In this document: positions 53,391-64,000 of the stretch, piece after piece
How positions within the stretch are numbered: the stretch's first letter is position 1
Layout of the letters: every line of letters starts with the position of its first letter
Assembly: GCA_051362555.1 (NCBI GenBank)
Contig: CM120642.1
Location: 31,372,001-31,436,000 of the forward strand
Direction of reading: 5' to 3'
DNA length: 64,000 nucleotides
Source: Lingula anatina
Lineage: Eukaryota > Animalia > Brachiopoda
The notes under the pieces: model-generated
Told to the model about the DNA's origin: nothing
Seen by the model: the letters and a program-made list of their open reading frames with translations, nothing else
Databases searched by the model: none
Position numbers and translations under genes: made by a program

Positions 53391-54710
53391 ATGGGGGTCC
53401 CCATTGAGGGGGGATTGTTCAAGGTAAATAAAATCATCAATTTACAGTAAATAAAACTTCAAAAATCCTGAAAAAAAACGAAACAGCTGGTATAATGAAT
53501 TCGTCTCACGAAGGGCGGAGAAAGCAAAACGCATTTACGGGTCAGGGGAATGTAACTGGGTGCTTCACGTTTCACGCTGAAATAAAATGAACGTTTCGCG
53601 CATCTCGGAAAATAAAAGTGGCCTTCATCGGCGACAATAAAACCCTATTGAACCCTCTAAATGGGGTAAGAGTATCAGTTCTAGTAATGATTGTGATCCT
53701 ATGATGTGTTAATGCAGTGGAGTGGGACAAACCCCTGTTGCAGTAGAGGGCCCCGAAAGTCTTCACAAACACATTTCATGAACTATCCATTGTACGTTTA
53801 TGACCAGCCTGTTTGCATCCGTGACTCATGGCCAGGTAATAGTGTGAAGAGGTCCTAGTGCAAAAAATCTAAATATGGCATTAAGTTTGTCATAAATCAC
53901 ATCGGTTGATTAAATAGGCATTACCAGAAATATATTTATTATTGAAGATTTAGTGGATTTTTCATAAATATAGGTGTGAAAATTTAGTTCGTTTTCTAAG
54001 ATTTAAAAAGTAACGGACATATAGAATTGATTTTGTTCATTAGTTTTCTCACGAATATGATTATTATTTTTTATGCTGGCCTGCCCTGTACAGAGAAATA
54101 GTCTGGATATATCTTATATATTAGTGCTGTGATATCATGCCTAGTGACCGGGAAAACAAGGTGCTACCTGGCATTTCCCACGGGTATTACACAGTTATCT
54201 TACACTGCTACATCAGTCAACATGCCACTAACGGGACATCATACATATATCTAAAATAAGGTATTTGAAATTCGCTTGCTTGTGCCAAATTGTTAACAAA
54301 TATTGCACACTTAATTGAAATTTTCACACATTTGGGTGGGTCGCAGTGATCTTCAAATTTAACTTTTTTGGATATAATTAACATATTTTTAAAGAAAATC
54401 TTGCTGTTTAAAGCAATAGAGTTGGCTAGCCTATCAAATCATCATTCGCTGATAGCAATTGTAATGTCATTTCACTGTTCACGGTTATCTCAACTTCGAA
54501 CACATCAAACTGCACATTGCAATACAGATGACTAACCCATTTATAAAAATTATGCCCAATTATAGATATTGATTATGATATCATTTTCGGCTCTGATAAC
54601 CTGTCACCTGTTAGGATCTCGAGGAAGTCATGGTCAGATTATAGTGGGACGCAGGTGCGCAAGATCAAAGTGTTTTAATTCATTATAAAAGCAAGTGATA
54701 TTTTGCTGTG

Positions 54711-57700
54711 ATGCAGGGAGAAAGTTTATTCAGAGTCATTTTTCTCGTTCTTTTGGTGAGCTGTGCTAGAGGTAAGAATTTCGTTATTTTCTTCAAAAAT
54801 ACACTTGAAAAATAGACTAATCGAGACATCAAACCAGTTCTCAGCTATGAGTTCGACACATGGCTTCACACGTGCGTATTTGTGTCTACCGGAAAAGAAG
54901 ACATTTTTCTTGCGTGCAAACTGTTTAGAAAATTTTATTGAAAGGTCAGCTGAATATTTTTTTCCAATTGGTCGAACATATTTGATTTGATTCTTTTGCA
55001 TATGTAGTTTTTATCATTCATTTCCCAACAGAAATAAATTTTCATTCATTTAGCAACGGGTTCATTCACGGGTTCATAGAAGAGGAAGTCTTTTGATTAG
55101 AATGATTTTATTGACGATTTTTAAATATAAAATAACAACCACGAATAACCATCCTTGTATTGAGACCTAGAGGGGGAAGAGACGGAAAAGGACTTGTTTA
55201 ATTGTTCGGACATATCTTATTCATGCAGTATCTCTATAAGCCGAGATCATGTTCATTCTAATACTAACTTTTCTACTTAGCTCGCTTCACGATATGTACA
55301 GTATACTACGGAAGTTACGACGGATTTCACTATACCTGTGTATCATTGTATCTTAGTATGTCATGCCGAGAAAGTACCCTGTCGCTTCCCGTTTGCAATA
55401 TTGTATGCCAGACCATCTTGTTATGACAACTTCCGTATCTGAACAGTTAAAGTACATGTAGTATTTCATCGTTTCAGTGTCAGGATGGTCTTGTTACGAC
55501 TGCTACGGCTCCACATGTGCGAACATTAAGACCAATCCAGCCGTAGTTGGGAGGTGTCAGACTGGTTTTAGATGTTTCACCAGATTGGAAGCAGACGGAG
55601 GTAGGAGCAACCAAGAAGCTCTTTCCAACTGCTTGGATCAACAGTTTGCATGTTTGAAGTGTTTCAGTTAGACTTAGTGAGCACTAAACACACTTTGTCT
55701 GTAACTGTTGCTTGAAAGCAGAACGTTGCCTGTTGAAGGCAAGAAAGAAACTGTAAAAGCACTCAGAGAGCGCAGACCTCCGCCAAGGCAGCAAAGTCTC
55801 CATCCAATGCCGTTTCACCCCTTAATTTTCGATATTTTTGATTATTGATTATTTATTGATACGGATCACCACCAAAAACTAATCATCTCTTCCTTCGCCC
55901 ACTTCTGACAGTTCCTGAAATTTTCATCAAAATCGGTCCATAACTTTTTGGGTTATGTTGATGACAGATAGACAGAAAGACAGACAGAAAGACAGACAGA
56001 CAAACAGGGGTGAAAACATAACCTCCTTGGCGGAGGTATATTGCATATTTTATGCAAATTATGTTATTTCAGTCTTTGTATAAAGGGATTGGTGTGCGCG
56101 ATGTGAGATCTTTAATTTACCTCAAGAATAAAAAAATGTATAACAAACATATGTCGATAACAAAACACATATCTAGAAAAGAGATGGATTCTGGCAAACA
56201 AGATATGATTTTCTCGAAAGCAAGTTTAATATTCATATTATTTGCAGTAAATCCTGTATTATTTGTCAGGCATTCTTCTTGTATCTGAAGCTAATTCGCT
56301 TTTGTATATGATTTTCAGTCACTGTCCACAATAAAGGTTGCTTTAGTCATAGCGGCAGTCTATATGGAGATGGGGTTAACCTGGACTATGACGGATGCAT
56401 ACCCCAGAAAATTGACGGCAGAGACCAAGTGCTCTGTCTTTGTCGTGGGGAAGGATGCAACGCTGACACCAAGAAAATCATTAAGACAACTACCCAACCC
56501 ACTTCTCCCAGTCCAACGACTACCACTTCGACGACTACCAGTCCAATGACTACCACTTCGACGACTACCAGTTATACGACCACTTCCACAAAATCACCCC
56601 CTATAATGTCCAAGCCAGCAATATCGACAACTGGGGATGGCTTTTTCACTGTTGCAGAACTTGGTATCACGCCTTTCAATGGTAAGAAATTTTGTACATT
56701 CTGCTATAGAATGAATTTAAATTTGACACTTGTCAAGCTATATTGTGTCTCGATATATTACACTGAATCCAACAACAAAAAGGGAAGTGGTCCAATAGCT
56801 GCAAAGTGCAGCTTCCAAGTTGTTTTGGACAGCTTAACACAGCACAGCAAACACACTCATACAACATCACCAGACAAAATACACTGAACACTAACAACAA
56901 TACCATACTTCGTTCTGTAATATTCCTGTTCTTAAAGATATCATTCAAATATTGATTTATTAACATATAAAAACTAAATTAGCTTATTGATTCTAAGGCA
57001 TACTTTACATTATATCATAAAGGAAAACCAGACGTTGAATGTGTAATAGAAAACAGGTATCCGAAAACGCAACACTTCCAAGCTATGTACGGCATATCTC
57101 CCAGTGACTGTAAGGCGGTTTGTGGGGTTCTTCAAGGCTGTGTTGCTGCGGCGTATTATGATGACGAGAGGGTCAGATCGCATTTCGGAGTATCAGCCAG
57201 AACACCGACAGGATGAGCCCTGGCATGCTCGGCTGTCACCTTGATTGGATAGTAAACGATTGTCGTAAAATCGCTATATGATTTTAAAACCGGCTGCATA
57301 ATTTTGAAAGCCACCTAGATGAACCTTAGACTGCCACATTACTCTAATACATTGCAAAAAAGCCCTAACAAAAGTGGTTAAAACATTCAAACCGAATGTC
57401 GTAAAGTCCCCATATATCCCCATAGAGACAATAAAATAGAGTACTCTAAAGTAAGAGTACAGTTTAAGGTTGTTCAGCCGAGCGTGGATGAGCCCGCAGT
57501 CGTGCTACAAAATTTGCTCTGGGGTATGATACTCCGAAATGCGATCTGACACACACCTTGAAAACGGGTAGCGTGGTCCGATATACCGGTTAATTCAGGA
57601 TCCTTAGGTGCCGAGTCTGGTAGTTGGGTAGGCCTGTGTATGAAAATTGATTTTTAGTGGTTGTTTAAAATTAAGAAATAAGATACTATCATTTTTGATC

Positions 57701-60293
57701 CAGCTTTTAACTTTTCTTCACATTGTTTTTAATTTTAATGCGTCAAGAAGTCAAAATTGGGAAGGATTACAACTGTTTCCGGTTGCTTTGGTGTGTGCTT
57801 TTTAAGTCGTATAGTCGGATGTAAATGCCCCCCCCCTTCCCGGTTACAATCATCCATCTCTCATTAGCGCGTGTTTCAGTTCTTGCACATTGTCATTGAA
57901 CCTTTATCTTTGTAGACATGTGTTTGGTGGATGGAGTATTGTTAAAGTTAAGGGAGAGGAGAATATTCGGCTGCACTAAATCCTGTATTTGCCTCGGTAC
58001 CAATTTTACGTATTGCGAAAAGGCGTAAGTAAAACGTTTTTCTACAACTTTTCCCTTTTGATGTGTTTTCGTTTAATCAATTTAACTACAGCTAAATGGC
58101 GCATTCTCAATGGAATAATCTATCTACGTAGATCGATCCAATTCCATGGAGACTGTGAATCTGATTACACTCAGAGAGAGCCCCGACGGAGTTGGATCGA
58201 ACCACGTAGAACGAATGTTTCACTGGGAATTAGCCAATATGTGATAATGATGCTTTCTGTTCCTATATTCTACAAAGCGCGCCTGCACCCGATTCTTTAT
58301 GTTTATATACAGGTGCCCTGACTGGACAAATCTTCCAGTTCCGGCCGGATGCCAACTCAGACAGCCAGCCCCTGGGAAGTGCTGCAAGGAACTAGACTGT
58401 AGCGGGATGACCACCACTGTTCCTTCCACTGGAAAGCTGACCGCAACTACCACAAAACCTACTACCACAACAAAACCACCTTTAACCACAACTTCAACCA
58501 CTATCCCCACAACTACAACGAGAACTACAACTCCAAGTAAGTAAAACGTAATTTTATGCTATTGTATGATGTTTTTATCTGTTTTCTGTTTGAACATCCG
58601 TTTTTAGTTGTTGTTTAAAATTCAAAAATAAGATACTATCATTTTTCGATCCAGCTTTTTACTTTTCTTTAATTCTTATGCATTACAAAGTGCAAATTTG
58701 AAAGGATTACAACTGTTTCCGGTTGCTTTGGTGTCAGCTTTTTAAGGTATAGTCAGATTAAATGCCCCTCTCCCCCCCGTTACAATCATCCATCTTTCAT
58801 TAGCGCGTGTTTCAGTTCTTGCACATTGTCATTGAACCTTTATCTTTGTAGACATGTGTTTGGTGGATGGAGTATTGTTAAAGTTAAGGGAGAGGAGAAT
58901 ATTCGGCTGCACTAAATCCTGTATTTGCCTCGGTACCAATTTTACGTATTGCGAAAAGGCGTAAGTAAAACGTTTTTCTACAACTTTTCCCTTTTGATGT
59001 GTTTTCGTTTAATCAATTTAACTACAGCTAAATGGCGCATTCTCAATGGAATAATCTATCTACGTAGATCGATCCAATTCCATGGAGACTGTGAATCTGA
59101 TTACACTCAGAGAGAGCCCCGACGGAGTTGGATCGAACCACGTAGAACGAATGTTTCATTGGGAATTAGCCAATATGTGATAATGATGCTTTCTGTTCCT
59201 ATATTCTACAAAGCGCGCCTGCACCCGATTCTTTATGTTTATATACAGGTGCCCTGACTGGACAAATCTTCCAGTTCCGGCCGGATGCCAACTCAGACAG
59301 CCAGCCCCTGGGAAGTGCTGCAAGGAACTAGACTGTAGCGGGATGACCACCACTGTTCCTTCCACTGGAAAGCTGACCGCAACTACCACAAAACCTACTA
59401 CCACAACAAAACCACCTTTAACCACAACTTCAACCACTATCCCCACAACTACAACGAGAACTACAACTCCAAGTAAGTAAAACGTAATTTTATGCTATTG
59501 TATGATGTTTTTATCTGTTTTCTGTTTGAACATCCGTTTTTAGTTGTTGTTTAAAATTCAAAAATAAGATACTATCATTTTTCGATCCAGCTTTTTACTT
59601 TTCTTTAATTCTTATGCATTACAAAGTGCAAATTTGAAAGGATTACAACTGTTTCCGGTTGCTTTGGTGTCAGCTTTTTAAGGTATAGTCAGATTAAATG
59701 CCCCTCTCCCCCCCGTTACAATCATCCATCTTTCATTAGCGCGTGTTTCAGTTCTTGCACATTGTCATTGAACCTTTATCTTTGCAGAGATGTGTTTGAT
59801 AGATGGAGTACTATTGAAGTTCGGGGAGAAGAGAATATTCGACTGTACTAAAATCTGTATTTGCCTCGGTTCCTTTACGTATTGCGAAAAGGTGTAAGTA
59901 AAACTTTTTTCTATAACTTTTCCCTTTTGATGTGTTTTCATTTAATCAATGTAACTACAGCTATATGGTGCATTCCCAATGGAATAATCTATCTACGTAG
60001 ATGGATCCAACTCCATGGAGACTGTGAATCTGATTACACTCAGAGAGAGCCCCGACGGAGTTGGATCGAACCACGTAGAACGAATGTTTCAGTGGGAATT
60101 AGCCAATATGTGATAATGATGCTTTCTGTTCCTATATTCTACAAAGCGTGCCTGCACCCGATCCTTTATGTCTATATACAGGTGCCCTGACTGGACAAAT
60201 CTTCCAGTCCCGGCCGGATGCCAACTCAGACAGCCAGCCCCTGGGAAGTGCTGCAAGGAACTAGACTGTAGCGGGATGACCCCGCCCGCGTAA
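54711..60293 (+). CDS. Secreted mucin-like modular protein, copy 2: signal peptide, Ly6-like, Thr-rich, (VWC plus Thr-rich) x2, VWC; PAN exon disrupted
   Basis: Exons 54711-54771, 55478-55600, 56319-56681, [57023-57171 truncated PAN], 57916-58024, 58313-58536, 58852-58960, 59249-59472, 59788-59893, 60182-60293 (TAA). The frame is continuous if the broken PAN exon is skipped. VWC pattern CLVDG...GCTKSCIC......CEKACP......GCQLRQPAPGKCCKELDC. Confidence 0.7.
55749..56040. mobile_element. HINE/DINE-like (Helentron-associated) non-autonomous element
   Basis: Subterminal inverted repeats ACCTCCGCCAAGG (55776-55788) and CCTTGGCGGAGGT (56025-56037), a 3' hairpin ACCTCCTTGGCGGAGGT and an internal (GACA)n tract; absent from the paralogous intron of copy 1. 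Confidence 0.7.
57172..57550. mobile_element. MITE with perfect 24-bp TIRs inserted in the PAN exon of mucin copy 2
   Basis: GTCAGATCGCATTTCGGAGTATCA (57172-57195) and TGATACTCCGAAATGCGATCTGAC (57527-57550). Homology to copy-1 exon 4 stops exactly at the left TIR. Confidence 0.88.
57651..60293 (+). repeat. Three tandem 936-bp units, each carrying a two-exon VWC module
   Basis: Exons recur at +936 (57916/58852/59788 and 58313/59249). Units 1 and 2 are near-identical; unit 3 is diverged and ends in the stop codon. Confidence 0.95.
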
Positions 60294-61369
60294 ACAGCAC
60301 CCAGGAGCATCCGGCAGATCCGTTTATCCAGATGCCACTCAGTCCAAATTTTTAAGTTGACAAGGGAACTTCAACTGGAGGGAGTGAAGGAAACAGATTT
60401 AACTTTAAGTAACTGTTATCTCCAGCAATTATAGAGGGACGTATACGAAGATATAATTGGAGCAACATTCACAAACGGTCTTTTCCAAAACAAACGTCAT
60501 TCTAATCATAATTGCCGGATGCCTCAACCGAAACCTATTCAGTTAGGTTAGGGGGCTCTCTACTTATATATTTGCCGTAGCTGACGTACATGTATATTAG
60601 AGCTTATAACATACCGAATAAAACTTCTATAAAGTCACTTTCTGCACCCACCCACACCGCAAACTGCTTTTAATTCTTCGTCAGTATTTTGCTAAAATGT
60701 TATTAATTTTGATAGCGCAGGTTGTTGTTTGATTTCATGATGTTGGATAAAATACAGGAAAATATGTGACTCATGATCGGGTGGGGCTAAGAAAACTCAT
60801 ATTATTGAAATAAATGAACTGAATAGTTATTCAGCAACTATTCACTGCGTTTCTCTTGATGGAGCCCAATGTAGTATTAGCTTCTAAAAAACTTCTGATT
60901 TCAGAATTTATTATTGGTATTGTGATGCAACTTATATTCTGCTAACACAGATTACGATAGCTTCTGTAGCAAATGCTTACACTTCTATCTATTGTTGTTT
61001 TTTTATTCCTTTTTTTTCAATAGCAGCACTGATTTATTGATTATTGTGATAGGCAATCAGGCTTAATCGGGCAGTGAGATATCGAACAGAATTTGGGCAA
61101 GGTCATGAAAAAGAGAACAATTGCTAATGTTGAAACAACGGGATAAATGAACGTTCAAGAAGAAATTGTTTGCCTCAAAAACAGAGAAATAAAAAATATT
61201 TTTTAAATAAAATCCGAGTGCTGAAATTATGTAGGTAATCGTCCTTATATTTATATCCAGGCTAGGTTTGCTCTGTACAGAATTGTGCCCATCTTGCCAT
61301 GAATATCTTTTATACTACAAAGTTTTGTCTTTTCTGAAATTACAATTGGCCATTAATTTTGAAGTCTCT

Positions 61370-61592
61370 CAGGCGCTGAGCCTGTGTGGTTATACGTATT
61401 CAATCGCACGTTCATCCCTGCAGGATGGGGGAATGTCACACGTTCTACTACTGGCACGTATGCCATGGCGCAGAACGAACGTACGTATTTGATACCGATT
61501 CTAGGATGGGATTTTCGTGGCCGCAATAAGTTCTCAGGCGTGATGCTAACATATTGGGCTAATTTTGCAAAAACTGGGATCCCAATAAAAAT
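61370..61592 (+). pseudogene. Fragment of esterase B last exon at the start of segmental unit 3
   Basis: [18 protein letters not shown]...MLTYWANFAKTG, frameshifted relative to 42412-42640. Confidence 0.9.
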
Positions 61593-62910
61593 AAATGGGA
61601 TCCCCATTGAGGGGGATTGTTCAAGGTAAATAAAATCATCAATTTACAATAAATAAAACTTCGAAAATCCTGAAAAAAAACGAATCAGCTGGTATAATGA
61701 ATTCGTCTCATGAAGGGCGGAGGAAAAAAACGCATTTACGGGTCATAGGAATGTAATGGGGTGCTTCACGTATCACGCTTAATAAAATGAACGTTTCGCG
61801 CATCTTGAGAAACGAAAGTAGCCTTCATTGTCGACAATAAAACCCTATTGAACCCTCTAAATGGGGTAAGAGGAGCAGTTCTAGCAGTGATTGTGATCCT
61901 ATGATGTGCTTATGCAGTGGAGTGGGACAAACCCCTGTTGCAGTAGAGGGGCCCGAAAGTCTTCAAAAACACATTACATGAACTATCCATTGTACGTTTA
62001 TGACCAGCCTGTTTGCATCCGTGACTCATGGCCAGGTAATAGTGTGAAGAGGTCCTAGTGCAAAAAATCTAAATATGGCATTAAGTTTGTCATAAATCAC
62101 ATCGGTTGATTAAATAGGCATTACCAGAAATATATTTATTATTGAAGATTTAGTGGATTTTTCATAAATATAGGTGTGAAAATTTAGTTCGTTTTCTAAG
62201 ATTTAAAAAGTAACGGACATATAGAATTGATTTTGTTCATTAGTTTTCTCACGAATATGATTATTATTTTTTATGCTGGCCTGCCCTGTACAGAGAAATA
62301 GTCTGGATATATCTTATATATTAGTGCTGTGATATCATGCCTAGTGACCGGGAAAACAAGGTGCTACCTGGCATTTCCCACGGGTATTACACAGTTATCT
62401 TACACTGCTACATCAGTCAACATGCCACTAACGGGACATCATACATATATCTAAAATAAGGTATTTGAAATTCGCTTGCTTGTGCCAAATTGTTAACAAA
62501 TATTGCACACTTAATTGAAATTTTCACACATTTGGGTGGGTCGCAGTGATCTTCAAATTTAACTTTTTTGGATATAATTAACATATTTTTAAAGAAAATC
62601 TTGCTGTTTAAAGCAATAGAATTGGTTAGCCTATCAAATCATCATTCGCTGATAGCAATTGTAATGTCATTTCACTGTTCACGGTTATCTCAACTTCGAA
62701 CACATTAAACTGCACATTGCAATACAGATGACTAACCCATTTATAAAAATTATGCCCAATTATAGATATTGATTATGATATCATTTTCGGCTCTGATAAC
62801 CTGTCACCTGTTAGGATCTCGAGGAAGTCATGGTCAGATTATAGTGGGACGCAGGTGCGCAAGATCAAAGTGTTTTAATTCATTATAAAAGCAAGTGATA
62901 TTTTGCTGTG

Positions 62911-63805
62911 ATGCAGGGAGAAAGTTTATTCAGAGTCATTTTTCTCGTTCTTTTGGTGAGCTGTGCTAGAGGTAAGAATTTCGTTATTTTCTTCAAAAAT
63001 ACACTTGAAAAATAGACTAATCGAGACATCAAACCAGTTCTCAGCTATGAGTTCGACACATGGCCTCACACGTGCGTATTTGTGTCTACCGGAAAAGAAG
63101 ACATTTTTCTTGCGTGCAAACTGTTTAGAAAATTTTATTGAAAGGTCAGCTGAATATTTTTTCCAATTGGTCGAACATATTTGATTTGATTCTTTTGCAT
63201 ATGTAGTTTTTATCATTCATTTCCCAACAGAAATAAATTTTCATTCATTTAGCAACGGGTTCATTCACGGGTTCATAGAAGAGGAAGTCTTTTGATTAGA
63301 ATGATTTTATTGACGATTTTTAAATATAAAATAACAACCACGAATAACCACCCTTGTATTGAGACCTAGAGGGGGAAGAGACGGAAAAGGACTTGTTTAA
63401 TTGTTCGGACATATCTTATTCATGCAGTATCTCTATAAGCCGAGATCATGTTCATTCTAATACTAACTGTTCTACTTAGCTCGCTTCACGATATGTACAG
63501 TACACTACGGAAGATATGACGGATTTCACTATACCTGTGTGTCATTGTAGGCCTATCTCAGTATGTCATGCCGAGAAAGTACCATATCGCTTCACGTTTA
63601 CAATATTGTATGCCAGACCATCTTGTTATGACAACTTCCGTATCAGAACAGTTAAAGTACATGTAGTATTTCATCGTTTCAGTGTCAGGATGGTCTTGTT
63701 ACGACTGCTACGGCTCCACATGTGCGAACATTAAGACCAATCCAGCCGTAGCTGGGAGGTGTCCGACTGGTTTTAGATGTTTCACCAGATTGAAAGCGGA
63801 CGGAG
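62911..63805 (+). CDS. Mucin-like gene copy 3, first two exons (continues beyond the window)
   Basis: Exons 62911-62971 (MQGESLFRVIFLVLLVSCAR) and 63683-63805 (WSCYDCYGSTCANIKTNPAVAGRCPTGFRCFTR), homologous to copies 1 and 2. Confidence 0.8.
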
Positions 63806-64000
63806 GTAGGAGCAACAGTTTGCATGTTGGAAGCGTTGTTTCACAAAATAATAATAAATAAATAAATAAATAATAAAAAGCAGAAGGTTTGATGTTAAAA
63901 CGAAGAAGGTAATAACAAATGATGTTTCTATGCAGTAATTCTTTAAAGGGCGTGTTATACACAGTCGGAGATCGTAACTTACCACAAGAACCAATCGTGT

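Larger units (their letters stand above)
53183..61369 (+). repeat. Segmental tandem duplication unit 2 (about 8.2 kb): esterase B tail, intergenic DNA and mucin gene
   Basis: Collinear with 42412-53182 (unit 1) and 61370-64000 (unit 3). The stretch 53760-55300 is almost identical to 61960-63500. Confidence 0.9.

Noticed and set aside
57989-58321. 110-aa ORF repeated three times
   Set aside because: Runs out of frame through an intron and MITE of the 936-bp unit; repeated only because the unit is duplicated.

Overview
AT-rich, intron-containing animal genomic DNA (GT-AG introns, microsatellites, DNA transposons); probably an invertebrate, possibly a lophotrochozoan, though the taxon is an inference. 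Left to right: (1) a decayed Tc1/mariner copy and MITE-like repeats in about 10 kb with no confident gene; (2) a NuMA orthologue on the minus strand (22 coding exons reconstructed, about 1720 aa); (3) LRRC51 on the plus strand, head-to-head with NuMA as in mammals; (4) two tandem secreted type-B carboxylesterases with identical exon structure; (5) a tandem segmental array of at least three paralogous secreted mucin-like genes built from Ly6/three-finger-like, PAN/Apple, VWC-like and Thr-rich exon cassettes, with each new unit starting at a fragment of the second esterase. The most unusual signal is in NuMA. Two separate introns, one upstream and one downstream, each carry a 41-52 nt element complementary to the 3' splice site and first codons of the exon encoding the conserved microtubule-binding motif. 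In the downstream element both mismatches become G-U pairs in the pre-mRNA, suggesting a competing RNA-duplex splicing or A-to-I editing switch. All gene models were reconstructed by hand from splice signals and frame continuity; no database search was run.
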